Origin: Alistipes sp.
Lineage (GTDB): Bacteria > Bacteroidota > Bacteroidia > Bacteroidales > Rikenellaceae
Length of the DNA stretch: 40,165 nucleotides
Assembly: GCA_045592005.1 (NCBI GenBank)
Contig: JAZNTY010000108.1
Span: 1 to 40,165, forward strand
Reading direction: 5' to 3'
The notes below the pieces were generated by a model. The model was not told the DNA's origin. It saw only the letters and a program-made list of their open reading frames with translations, and searched no databases. How positions within the stretch are numbered: position 1 is the stretch's first letter; each line of letters begins with the position of its first letter. Positions 1 through 9,252 of the stretch are shown here, piece by piece. The position numbers were made by a program, and so were the translations under genes.

Positions 1-1765
1 ACTCCTCGCGGTTCAATGCGTCACGAGCCATAAGCTCACCAAGCTCAAGGAAGTCAGCAAGACGGAGAGCCTTCTCAAGCTCTACATTGAACGAGTCGGC
101 TGTACCTACAACCTTAACATCCTTCCAGAACTCCTTACGAAGAGCTGCAATCTCAACGATAGCCTTCTCCAAAGACTCCTTTGTACGAGCCATACCAACA
201 TTCTCCCACATAATGTGACCCAGCTGCTTATGAATATCATCAACTGAACGAGAACCATTGATTGACAACAACTTAGCAATCTTATCCTTAACAGCCTTCT
301 CAGCCTCGTCAAAGGCTGCTGTATCGGTAGATACCTTTGGAGCCTGAATTTTCTTTGACAGATAGTCGCCAATGGTGTAAGGGAGAACGAAGTAACCATC
401 TGCAAGACCCTGCATCAGAGCTGAAGCACCGAGACGGTTTGCTCCGTGGTCTGAGAAGTTTGCCTCGCCGATAGCATAAAGACCAGGAATTGTTGTCATC
501 AGGTTATAGTCAACCCAAATGCCACCCATTGTGTAGTGAACAGCAGGGAAAATCTGCATTGGCTGCTCATATGGGTTAACATCGGTAATCTCCTTATACA
601 TATCGAACAAGTTGCCATAACGCTTCTCGATAACCTCTTTACCAAGGCGCTCAATAGCGGTCTTAAAGTCAAGGAATACAGCAAGACCTGTCTCGTTTAC
701 ACCAAAGCCTGCATCGCAACGCTCCTTAGCAGCACGGGAGGCTACATCACGAGGAACAAGGTTACCGAATGCAGGGTAACGACGCTCCAGGTAGTAGTCT
801 CGATCCTCCTCGGCAATCTGTGAAGGCATCTTTGTACCCTTGCGGATAGCCTCAACATCCTCAAGCTTCTTAGGAACCCAAATACGACCATCGTTACGCA
901 AAGACTCAGACATAAGGGTCAACTTAGACTGCTGAGTACCATGCACAGGGATACAGGTTGGGTGAATTTGAGTAAAACATGGGTTTGCAAAACCGGCACC
1001 CTTACGGTAGCACTGGAATGCAGCCGAACCATTTGATGCCATAGCGTTGGTAGATAGGAAGAATACATTTCCATAACCACCGGTAGCAATAACTACGGCG
1101 TGTGCACCATGACGCTCAATCTCGCCGGTAACAAGGTTACGAGCGATAATACCGCGAGCCTCGCCATTCTCAACAACGATGTCAAGCATCTCGTGACGGG
1201 TGTAAGACTTTACAGAGCCATTGTGTATCTCCTTATTCAGCGCCGCATAAGCACCGAGGAGTAACTGCTGACCGGTCTGACCACGAGCATAGAATGTACG
1301 AGATACCTGTGCACCACCGAATGAACGGTTTGCCAAAAGACCGCCGTACTCACGAGCAAAAGGAACGCCCTGAGCTACACACTGGTCGATGATAAGGTTG
1401 GAAACCTCAGCCAAACGGTAAACATTAGCCTCACGAGCACGATAGTCACCACCCTTGATAGTATCGTAGAAGAGACGATATACAGAGTCGTTATCGTTCT
1501 GGTAGTTCTTAGCTGCATTGATACCTCCCTGCGCTGCGATAGAGTGCGCACGGCGTGGAGAGTCCTGAATGCAGAAAATCTTTACATTGTAGCCAAGTTC
1601 GCCCAAAGAAGCAGCAGCAGAAGCACCACCTAAACCTGTACCTACAACGATGATGTCGAGCTTACGCTTATTAGCCGGGCTGACAACCTTGATAGCCGCC
1701 TTATGGTTGCTCCACTTCTGGGACAACTCGCCGGCAGGGATTTTGGAATCTAATTTGAATGCCAT
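1..1765 (-). CDS. sdhA: Succinate dehydrogenase/fumarate reductase flavoprotein subunit (3' end runs off the window)
   Basis: Absent from the ORF track because it has no stop in the window. Manual translation from ATG at 1765 gives [22 protein letters not shown]...[11 protein letters not shown] (Rossmann motif) and [14 protein letters not shown] (covalent FAD His motif). Lies directly downstream of the cytochrome b gene. Confidence 0.96.
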   Translation of the reverse strand, partial: MAFKLDSKIPAGELSQKWSNHKAAIKVVSPANKRKLDIIVVGTGLGGASAAASLGELGYNVKIFCIQDSPRRAHSIAAQGGINAAKNYQNDNDSVYRLFYDTIKGGDYRAREANVYRLAEVSNLIIDQCVAQGVPFAREYGGLLANRSFGGAQVSRTFYARGQTGQQLLLGAYAALNKEIHNGSVKSYTRHEMLDIVVENGEARGIIARNLVTGEIERHGAHAVVIATGGYGNVFFLSTNAMASNGSAAFQCYRKGAGFANPCFTQIHPTCIPVHGTQQSKLTLMSESLRNDGRIWVPKKLEDVEAIRKGTKMPSQIAEEDRDYYLERRYPAFGNLVPRDVASRAAKERCDAGFGVNETGLAVFLDFKTAIERLGKEVIEKRYGNLFDMYKEITDVNPYEQPMQIFPAVHYTMGGIWVDYNLMTTIPGLYAIGEANFSDHGANRLGASALMQGLADGYFVLPYTIGDYLSKKIQAPKVSTDTAAFDEAEKAVKDKIAKLLSINGSRSVDDIHKQLGHIMWENVGMARTKESLEKAIVEIAALRKEFWKDVKVVGTADSFNVELEKALRLADFLELGELMARDALNREE

Positions 1766-1800
1766 ATCTTTTCTATAATTTTATATTCTACAACAATAGA

Positions 1801-2496
1801 TTAGCAGCAGCAAGGGCAGAGAGTCTTTACATAAAATACCACTACCACAGCAGCAAAGCCGAGGAAGATAAGGGTTGAAACCAACTTTGCAACACACTTA
1901 AGGCGTGGCAACCAGGTTGCGTTTGCAAAACCTGCGGTCTGGAACATAGACCAAACGCCGTGGTTGAGGTGGAACCAAAGAGCCACAAACCATACAAGGT
2001 AGAGAACTACATTGTACCACTGAGAGAAGGTGTACTGGATAAGAGCTGCACCATCGGTTGGTGCAAGACCCAAACCATTTGTATGCTCACCCATAAGCTC
2101 AACAAGCATCATCTTTGACCAGAAGTGAGTCATGTGAAGCGCAAGACCAAGGAGAACGATAATACCCAAAACGAGCATATTCTTAGACTCCCAATCTACA
2201 CCCTTCTCGGTAACGGTAACAGCATAACGCACATTACCACGAGCCTTACGGTTCTGCCAAGTAAGGATGAAAGCGTACACAAAGTGAACAAGCACACCCA
2301 AAGCAAGTACTGCTGTACCTACGAGAGCATACCAATTAGCACCCAAAAAACCGCAAATCATATTGTAGGCATCACCACTGATGATTGCCACAACATTCAT
2401 TGCCATGTGGAAGAGGAGGAAGAGCACCAGGAAGCAACCTGAAATACTCATCACGAGCTTTCTTCCAAGAGAAGAATTAGTTAAAAAACAACCCAT
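1801..2496 (-). CDS. sdhC: Succinate dehydrogenase/fumarate reductase cytochrome b subunit
   Basis: SSLGRKLVMSISG start, five hydrophobic helices with heme-ligand His (FHM, VHF, LHM, FHLNHG), upstream of sdhA. Confidence 0.94.
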   Translation of the reverse strand: MGCFLTNSSLGRKLVMSISGCFLVLFLLFHMAMNVVAIISGDAYNMICGFLGANWYALVGTAVLALGVLVHFVYAFILTWQNRKARGNVRYAVTVTEKGVDWESKNMLVLGIIVLLGLALHMTHFWSKMMLVELMGEHTNGLGLAPTDGAALIQYTFSQWYNVVLYLVWFVALWFHLNHGVWSMFQTAGFANATWLPRLKCVAKLVSTLIFLGFAAVVVVFYVKTLCPCCC

Positions 2497-2567
2497 AATG
2501 TTTTGAAATAAAAATTAGTTATGTTTATTTTGTGAAAAATTTGTTGCGTTGCACACATAATATCGTA

Positions 2568-2575
2568 CAAATATA
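2568..2575 (-). promoter_or_regulatory. Bacteroidota -7 promoter element (TATATTTG) for sdhCA
   Basis: Matches TAnnTTTG about 70 nt upstream of the sdhC start. Confidence 0.55.
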
Positions 2576-2619
2576 GTTATTGTTTGTCAAATAACAAAAC
2601 ATTTTACCACTTTTTAACT

Positions 2620-3165
2620 ATGCTTTTATCTTCAAAAACCAAATCAGAGATACGCAAGAAGGTTAAGAGTTCCGTAAAAAGCCTCTTAAACGAGCAAAAG
2701 CGAGAGAGGTCTGCCCTGATTTTCAACCAAGTGGCAAATTTGAACACTATCCGAAGTGCCCAAACCATAGCTCTTTATGCCTCTCTACCCGACGAGGTCT
2801 TTTCGCTTGATACAATAGAACTCTTTAGCTCCTCAAAACGCGTAGTACTACCGCGCGTAGAGGGTCAAGAGATGGAGTTTTACCCATACATTCCCAACAC
2901 GCTTAAGCACGGAGCCTTCGGCATAGCCGAACCACAAGGTACAGAGCCAATAGCGCCCACAGAGATAGATGTTATAATAGTTCCTGGCATGGCATTTACA
3001 CCTGATGGTAAGCGCTGCGGCAGAGGCAAAGGCTACTATGACAAATATCTCTCCAAAGAGGGGCTAAAAGCAATAAAAATAGGTATTTGCTACACCGAAC
3101 AGATAGTGGATAATATACCATGCGAGGAGCACGACATAAAAATGGATATGGTGATAAGTGGATAA
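2620..3165 (+). CDS. 5-formyltetrahydrofolate cyclo-ligase
   Basis: K.EIRK N-terminus, LPRV, FGIAEP and DVIIVPGMAF..GKRCGRGKGYYDKYL motifs. ATG at 2620 preferred over the TTG at 2584. Confidence 0.93.
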   Translation: MLLSSKTKSEIRKKVKSSVKSLLNEQKRERSALIFNQVANLNTIRSAQTIALYASLPDEVFSLDTIELFSSSKRVVLPRVEGQEMEFYPYIPNTLKHGAFGIAEPQGTEPIAPTEIDVIIVPGMAFTPDGKRCGRGKGYYDKYLSKEGLKAIKIGICYTEQIVDNIPCEEHDIKMDMVISG

Positions 3166-3255
3166 ATTTGGAACCTATAACGCCGCGATTAACAGTTCCA
3201 AAGTTCAACCAAAAAAGTTCGCAACAACACCTTAGCACTCTGTTCTAAAATAAGC

Positions 3256-3329
3256 AAAGGGTCAAACCCAAAAGTTCGACCCTTTACCGATAAAAATGTA
3301 TTAGCGGAAAAAGAGATACCGCTAATACA
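3256..3329 (-). terminator. Two stem-loops ending the zinc-ribbon gene transcript (intrinsic terminator)
   Basis: TGTATTAGCGG/CCGCTAATACA (3297-3329) is followed by a T-tract on the - strand. A second stem AAAGGGTC(A/G)AAC lies at 3256-3285. Confidence 0.7.
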
Positions 3330-3334
3330 CAAAA

Positions 3335-4084
3335 TTACTCCTCGGAAGGTACTAAGATACGACCACAATACTCGCAGACAATAAGCTTCTTACCGAGGCT
3401 AACCTCAACCTGACGCTGTGGTGGGATACGGTTAAAGCAACCACTGCAAGCATCACGCTGAACAGTAACAACTGCAAGACCGTTGCGCACCTTGCTACGA
3501 ATACGCTCATAAGCTGTCAGTAGGCGATTGTCAATCTTCTTCTTAGCCTGCTCCGCCTTAGCTGCAAGTTCTGCAATTTGGTCAGCAGTCTCAACCTCGA
3601 TATTAGCAAGTTCAGCACGCTTTGCCTCAAGGTCCACATTTCGCTCAGCAATAAGAGCCTCTGTCTGCTCAACCTTAGCCTTCTTAACCTTTACAGCTGC
3701 GGCATACTCCTTAAGATGTTTCTCCGCCAACTTAATCTCCAAACCCTGGTAGTCAATCTCTTTAGCGATAGAGTCAAACTCACGATTGTTGCGGACATTA
3801 TTCTGCTGCTCGTTATACTTAGCAATCATCATATTCGCCTCGTCAATCTGGCGGCGGCGCTGGCGAGTGAGCGCTCCAAGCTCCTCAATCTCTGCATTGA
3901 TGCCCTCCACACGGGTACGCAAGCCGGCAATCTCGTCGTCAAGGTCCTGAACTTCATCAGGCAGCTCGCCCTTTACTTTGTTGATTTCGTCAATCTGCGA
4001 ATCAATCTTCTGTAACTCGTAAAGAGCCATAATCTTCTCGTACATCGAGTAGTCAACCTCTGCTGTTTTCTTTGTTGTAGCCAT
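3335..4084 (-). CDS. Coiled-coil protein with C-terminal C4 zinc ribbon (DUF164/CT398-like)
   Basis: LYELQKIDS start, long coiled coil, CSGC...CEYCGRIL. Conserved partner of Nif3. Confidence 0.9.
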   Translation of the reverse strand: MATTKKTAEVDYSMYEKIMALYELQKIDSQIDEINKVKGELPDEVQDLDDEIAGLRTRVEGINAEIEELGALTRQRRRQIDEANMMIAKYNEQQNNVRNNREFDSIAKEIDYQGLEIKLAEKHLKEYAAAVKVKKAKVEQTEALIAERNVDLEAKRAELANIEVETADQIAELAAKAEQAKKKIDNRLLTAYERIRSKVRNGLAVVTVQRDACSGCFNRIPPQRQVEVSLGKKLIVCEYCGRILVPSEE

Positions 4085-4139
4085 ATATTAATTATTATTT
4101 AATATCCAAAACCGTTATAAAGCACTAACAATCAGACCA

Positions 4140-4931
4140 TTACATAAAGTAATGCATCGGATTTTTTGATTTAGCGCTCTTATGGAGCGCAAAGTTACTA
4201 ATTTTTTTTGATAATTCCGACAAAATATCGAATAATAAATCAATAGCGCAATATTCACTCTCAAAATGCCCCACATCGCAGAGGACAAACTTACCATCAG
4301 GACGGTAGTAGTCGTTATATCTAACATCTGCCGTAACATAAACATCACAACCTGCCTGACCTGCAAGCTCTATAGCCGAGCCACCAGCACCTGTGCATAT
4401 AGCTATACGCTGCACCATAGGTTTTACCACACCACTATGGCGTACAGCGCCACAACCAAGAGTGCGTTGCAACTTGGCAAAGAAGGACTCCACCTCAATA
4501 GGTTCGGGGAGGTTGCCGACAACACCAAAGCCCGCATTTTCCACAGTAGGCTCAAGTATTTGCATATCCACTACACCCAACATTTGACCGAGACGATAAC
4601 TCATACCCTTAGGAGCTGAATCGAGGTTGGTATGGCAGGCATATAGAGCTATATCGTGCTTTATGGCACGCTCAACGCAGCGCTCGACAACAGATGATGA
4701 GTTAAGGCGCTTGATAGGTCGGAAGATTATTGGATGGTGTGTGATAATAAGCGAGCAACCCAACTCAATAGCCTCCTCAATAACCTCTTCAGTAACATCC
4801 ACAGCCAGCAGTACACCTCCACGCAAAGTATCGGTAGCTCTGCCCACAACCAGACCAGCATTATCATACTCCGCTTGCAGTCTCAGCGGCGCAAAAACCT
4901 CTATACAATCGGTTATATCTTTGATAATCAT
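4140..4931 (-). CDS. Nif3-like dinuclear metal centre protein (YbgI family)
   Basis: YDNAGL, ITHHP, HTNLD and DVGHFESE motifs. ATG at 4931 preferred. Confidence 0.93.
   Translation of the reverse strand: MIIKDITDCIEVFAPLRLQAEYDNAGLVVGRATDTLRGGVLLAVDVTEEVIEEAIELGCSLIITHHPIIFRPIKRLNSSSVVERCVERAIKHDIALYACHTNLDSAPKGMSYRLGQMLGVVDMQILEPTVENAGFGVVGNLPEPIEVESFFAKLQRTLGCGAVRHSGVVKPMVQRIAICTGAGGSAIELAGQAGCDVYVTADVRYNDYYRPDGKFVLCDVGHFESEYCAIDLLFDILSELSKKISNFALHKSAKSKNPMHYFM
4190..4197 (-). promoter_or_regulatory. -7 element (TAACTTTG) inside the Nif3 3' end, probably for the zinc-ribbon gene
   Basis: Consensus match in an AT-rich context about 105 nt upstream of the start at 4084. Confidence 0.5.
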
Positions 4932-4935
4932 AAAT

Positions 4936-5370
4936 TTAGAAATCAAATAGAGATTGTTCTACATATTGTGGTTTCTTAGGTTGCTCGTTCTGAGGTTTCG
5001 AAGCCGGCTGAACCTTAGGTTGTGCAGGTTCAACCACAGGTTGCTCATCGAGCGACTCTCGCACAGCAATCAGCATTGAGCGCAACGCCTGAAGTCGTTC
5101 CAACAATTCTGCATTACTATCTACCTCCGACTCTGCACGCACACCACGCAGTGCGCGCTTAGCACCTTCAAGGGTCATACCACACTCTTTAACATAGTAG
5201 TATATACGCTTGAGCACCTCTATATCGGCAGGCGAAAAGAGGCGATTGCCCTTCTTATTACGATGCGGTTTAAGCATCGGAAACTGAGAGCCCCAATAGC
5301 GAATAAGCGAGGCGTTAACATCAAACATCTCGGCAACTTCACCCATAGTGTAAAATAACTTTTCTGCCAT
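4936..5370 (-). CDS. MerR-family transcriptional regulator
   Basis: YTMGEVAEMFDVNASLIRYW HTH, RNKKGNRLF wing, GMTLEGAK. Confidence 0.9.
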   Translation of the reverse strand: MAEKLFYTMGEVAEMFDVNASLIRYWGSQFPMLKPHRNKKGNRLFSPADIEVLKRIYYYVKECGMTLEGAKRALRGVRAESEVDSNAELLERLQALRSMLIAVRESLDEQPVVEPAQPKVQPASKPQNEQPKKPQYVEQSLFDF

Positions 5371-5404
5371 ATTTAGAATTTATTTATTTCCGACAAAACA
5401 ATAA

Positions 5405-6799
5405 TTACAAATTGTTAATCTTAAGCGAGTTAGGATACATATTATTGACTCTGGCGCCAATTCGCTTCACAAAACCGAGCGGATAACCCTCACAGAGCAC
5501 CAGATTTATCCCCTGCTCAAAAGGATTTGCATTGATATCTCTCTTACGGAGATAATCAAGTGCCTGCGCCCTATCAATCTCTACTGCCGGCACTGCATCT
5601 CTATCAAACCACACCGACTGCGAGAGTGCCCACTCCGGCTTAAGTACACCTTTGAATATCTGTCCCATTTCAACGCCCGAATATATTACCGTCAAACTCT
5701 GAGCCAATGCCTGAACAGCCTCATATTGAGCTGCCGCATAGCAGTAGTAACTATCTGCCACTAATGCAAACCTAAGTTTATCGCCACCATGTACCCATCG
5801 AGATAGCTCTTTAACAGCCTCCTTAGGTGCTGGTGTCATAATTTTCTTACGCGCCTTTGGGATAGCTACCCTACCGGCACAATCAGCACTCTTACGCGCC
5901 ACAGCCACAAAGAAGCCCTCACTCTTGGTCCTATGTGGATAGAAACGGAATGCTTGGAAACAACCCACAGTAAAGGTCTCTATATCCCACTCTGATGGCG
6001 CTGAAATTGGTTTATATGGGACAACCTCCTCTCCCCACTCTTCAATCATCTGTTGCAACACCCCCTCATCTTCACGATTATTGAAGGTACAGGTGCTATA
6101 TATCAGCACACCTCCCGCCTTAAGGCTTTGCCACGCTTGTCGAAGAATAGATATTTGGCGCGCCACGCACATATCTACATTTTGAGGACTCCACTCCTCA
6201 CGCGCGAGAGCATCTTTACGAAACATCCCCTCGCCCGAACATGGGGCGTCTACTGCTACAACATCTGCCCACTGCTCAAAGGCGGCTATATGCGAGGGGT
6301 CATTGTTTGTAACAACCACATTCCCCAGCCCCCACTTACGAATATTATCAGCCAAAATATTAGCACGACTACGAACATACTCATTGGCTAAGACCAATCC
6401 CTGACCACCCACCAACGAGGAGTAGAGGGTACTTTTGCCCCCTGGAGCTGCGCACATATCAAGAATACGACACCCCTCCAATGGCTCGCCAGACAAGAGG
6501 TAAGCTATAAACTGAGAACCTGCCTCTTGAACATAGTAACCCCCAGCAGCAAAGGCTATATCGGTAGTAAACTGCGGTCTAAAATCGAGATATCTGCCCC
6601 ACTGCGACCACGGCACCACCTCACCCCACTCGCCACCTTGCCACTTGGCAGAATTTAGGCGCACCGAGACAGGCGACTCTGAGTCAAGAGCGACAAAGAG
6701 CTGTTCTGACTGTGCATCTCCCAACTGCTGGCGCATTGCAGCGACAAAATCTAATGGTAGAGGTATATTCACGATTATTCCTACTTTTTTAGCTAACAC
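5405..6799 (-). CDS. rsmF: rRNA cytosine-C5 methyltransferase, RsmF/RsmB-NOP family
   Basis: YYVQEA, LDMCAAPGGKS, DAPCSGEGMFRK, YSTCT and a C-terminal RsmF domain. The true start may be the GTG at 6772. Confidence 0.9.
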   Translation of the reverse strand: MLAKKVGIIVNIPLPLDFVAAMRQQLGDAQSEQLFVALDSESPVSVRLNSAKWQGGEWGEVVPWSQWGRYLDFRPQFTTDIAFAAGGYYVQEAGSQFIAYLLSGEPLEGCRILDMCAAPGGKSTLYSSLVGGQGLVLANEYVRSRANILADNIRKWGLGNVVVTNNDPSHIAAFEQWADVVAVDAPCSGEGMFRKDALAREEWSPQNVDMCVARQISILRQAWQSLKAGGVLIYSTCTFNNREDEGVLQQMIEEWGEEVVPYKPISAPSEWDIETFTVGCFQAFRFYPHRTKSEGFFVAVARKSADCAGRVAIPKARKKIMTPAPKEAVKELSRWVHGGDKLRFALVADSYYCYAAAQYEAVQALAQSLTVIYSGVEMGQIFKGVLKPEWALSQSVWFDRDAVPAVEIDRAQALDYLRKRDINANPFEQGINLVLCEGYPLGFVKRIGARVNNMYPNSLKINNL

Positions 6800-6832
6800 T
6801 AAGCAAATCTATTCTCTTTTTGGAGCCCCAAA

Positions 6833-7468
6833 TTAAAACAGACTTGCTTGACGCACAGCCGGATGTTCAGCATGTATCTCATCTAAACGCTTATAGAGAG
6901 AGTCAAGGACCTTGATATTCTCAACAAAATCCATATTATCCTTATCGATAATAAAAACCTCGCCCTCATAATTGTCAACCCATTCGTCATAACGGTCGTT
7001 AAGACGCCTTAGGTAGTCAATATCTATATTTTGCTCATACTCTCGACCGCGCTTTTGTATCTGACGAACAAGAGTATCGACACTCGATTTGAGGTATATT
7101 AATAGGTCCGGCTTAGGGATAAGGTCGGTAGAGATATCGAATATCTTCATATAAGTACCAAAGTCACGACCCGACATAAGACCCATCTGATGGAGGTTGC
7201 CTGCAAAGATATGAGCATCCTCATAAATTGTACGGTCCTGAAAGACATTATCCGAGCCATCAGAGAGCATATCCATAGTTTGGCGGATACGGCTGGCAAG
7301 GAAGTGCACCTGGAATTGGAAAGCCCAGCGGTTCATATCTTCGTAAAAGTCGGAGATATATGGATTATCCACATCCTCATAGTAAGCTTTAGCTCCGTAG
7401 TGTTTTGTCAGTATCTCGGTCAGGGTGGTTTTGCCGCTGCCGATATTTCCTGCAATAGCGATATACAT
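6833..7468 (-). CDS. Deoxynucleoside kinase
   Basis: IAGNIGSGKTT P-loop, DRTIYED, RIQKRGR.E-type lid. Confidence 0.93.
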   Translation of the reverse strand: MYIAIAGNIGSGKTTLTEILTKHYGAKAYYEDVDNPYISDFYEDMNRWAFQFQVHFLASRIRQTMDMLSDGSDNVFQDRTIYEDAHIFAGNLHQMGLMSGRDFGTYMKIFDISTDLIPKPDLLIYLKSSVDTLVRQIQKRGREYEQNIDIDYLRRLNDRYDEWVDNYEGEVFIIDKDNMDFVENIKVLDSLYKRLDEIHAEHPAVRQASLF

Positions 7469-7522
7469 ATTGGGTTATTATTTAGGAATTAGTATTCTTG
7501 AGTACAAAAAAAATCTATCTTG

Positions 7523-8860
7523 TTAGTTAAAGTAGTAGCCAACATCCAATATAGCTGACGGCATAGCAAAGAGCACCACGCGGTCATAGGCATTAATCTG
7601 CATATTACTGCTGGCAATAATAACCTTGTCACCACGGACAATACCGCCCACAATAACATCCTGAGGCAGACCCATTTCACCAATAGTAGACTTTGTTGCC
7701 GGCGAATTAGGCTTAACAATAAACTCCAACACCTCTGCCTCACTACCGGTAAGGCACTTTATGGCAAGCACATCGGTAGACATAGTGAAACGGAAGATAT
7801 TTGAGGAAGTAACAATCTTCTTATTAACAATAGTATCTACACCCACAGAGTTGGCGATGTTGATATAATTCATATTTTCCACCTCAGCAATAACGCGCTT
7901 TACACCCATACGCTTAGCCAACATAGCGGCAAGAATATTGGTCTCACTACGCCCTGTTACAGCAACAAAGGCATCCATATTGGCAAGTCCCTCCTCCAAC
8001 ATAGCATCGGTATCACGACCATCTTTATGGATGATAAGTGTGCGTTCCAAAACCTCCGCCAAACGAAAAGCCTTATCGTAATTATAATCGACCAACTTAA
8101 TATTAACATCATCCTGCATAGCCTGCGCAATCTGCACACCTATGCGCGAACCCCCAAGGATAATCATATTATTAACCCTCACGCTACTCTTGCCCGACAG
8201 AGCCATAACATCCCCCACAGAGTCGTGGCGCGAAATGGTATAAACCATATCTCCAACGATGTAAGTGTCGGTCGATTTTGGAATAATGGTCTCGCCGTCA
8301 CGCATAATGGCTACGGTGCGATAGTTGAGCGACTCGTTATCATCAAAGCCGGCAATAGCGGTACCGATAAGCGGAGAGTTGGGTTCCAAACGAAAGACCA
8401 CCAACGAGAGTTTACCGCCCGAAAAGTCGACAAATTCGGTGGTTGCCGAGTGTCCCAAAAGGTTAATAACCTGCTCCGCAGCAATCTTTTCAGGGTAGAA
8501 GAGGTAGTCAATGCCCATATTGATGAACATCTCCTTGTTATTAGGCTCCAGATACTCACTATTATCAATTCGGGCAATAGACTTTTTGGCACCTAACTGC
8601 TTTGCCATAATAGCCGAAAGGATATTATCATTTTCAACAGAGTCTACAGCGATATAGAGATCGCACTTACGCACGGAAGCCCTGCGTAGCGTAGCAAAGG
8701 TGGTAGCATCGCCCTCAACGGTAATAACATCGGCAAGGCTACTCAAATCAGTAAGCAACTTTGGTTCCTGATCAATGACAGTGATATCGTGACCGTTGCC
8801 ACTAAGCATTTTGGCAAGATGACCCCCAATCTCCTCAACTCCCGAAATTACAATTCGCAT
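7523..8860 (-). CDS. trkA: Trk potassium uptake regulatory subunit (two RCK domains)
   Basis: Two RCK_N/RCK_C repeats, GGSRIG in the second. Start moved to MRIVISG at 8860. Confidence 0.93.
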   Translation of the reverse strand: MRIVISGVEEIGGHLAKMLSGNGHDITVIDQEPKLLTDLSSLADVITVEGDATTFATLRRASVRKCDLYIAVDSVENDNILSAIMAKQLGAKKSIARIDNSEYLEPNNKEMFINMGIDYLFYPEKIAAEQVINLLGHSATTEFVDFSGGKLSLVVFRLEPNSPLIGTAIAGFDDNESLNYRTVAIMRDGETIIPKSTDTYIVGDMVYTISRHDSVGDVMALSGKSSVRVNNMIILGGSRIGVQIAQAMQDDVNIKLVDYNYDKAFRLAEVLERTLIIHKDGRDTDAMLEEGLANMDAFVAVTGRSETNILAAMLAKRMGVKRVIAEVENMNYINIANSVGVDTIVNKKIVTSSNIFRFTMSTDVLAIKCLTGSEAEVLEFIVKPNSPATKSTIGEMGLPQDVIVGGIVRGDKVIIASSNMQINAYDRVVLFAMPSAILDVGYYFN

Positions 8861-8884
8861 ACAAACAATTTTGAAATTTTCAGA

Positions 8885-8900
8885 CAAATTTATAAATTTG
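8885..8900. promoter_or_regulatory. Back-to-back divergent -7 elements (palindrome CAAATTTATAAATTTG)
   Basis: TAAATTTG on both strands between the divergent trkA and the gene at 8969. Confidence 0.55.
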
Positions 8901-8968
8901 CAACGAGAAAACAAAGGATTAAACAACTTTGACCTAAAATAAATTGAAGTAATTTTTATAAATACCTT

Positions 8969-9229
8969 ATGCCCAGCTGGTTAATAGTAATACTTTTCTC
9001 TATCGGAGCCGTCGCTTTTTTTGGTATAGCTCTCTCAATAACGCTAATGGTTAAGGGTCATCACATAGAGTCTGAAATATCAACCAACCCCAATATGAAG
9101 AGGCTCGGTATCAAATGTGCCGTACAAGAGACTCGTGAAGATATGGCAGCCGAGAGTTGCGACGACGACACAATATGTACTGGAAACTGCGCCGGATGTG
9201 ATATTGACCACAATACCGCAAGTAAATAA
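8969..9229 (+). CDS. Small single-pass membrane protein with Cys-rich tail
   Basis: N-terminal TM helix, then NPNMKRLGIKC...SCDDDTICTGNCAGC. AT-rich leader. Confidence 0.75.
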   Translation: MPSWLIVILFSIGAVAFFGIALSITLMVKGHHIESEISTNPNMKRLGIKCAVQETREDMAAESCDDDTICTGNCAGCDIDHNTASK

Positions 9230-9252
9230 CCAATCTATAACAATTTAATGTA

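Noticed and set aside
106-823. Three short ORFs in the track at the left edge
   Set aside because: They lie within the sdhA reading frame that the track missed.
1801-1821. CPCCC tail of SdhC as a novel metal site
   Set aside because: A very short tail with no other support; significance cannot be judged from this sequence alone.
2497-2619. 6S RNA upstream of the 5-formyl-THF cyclo-ligase gene
   Set aside because: The gap is only about 120 nt, AT-rich, holds divergent promoter sequence and has no long rod-like stem.
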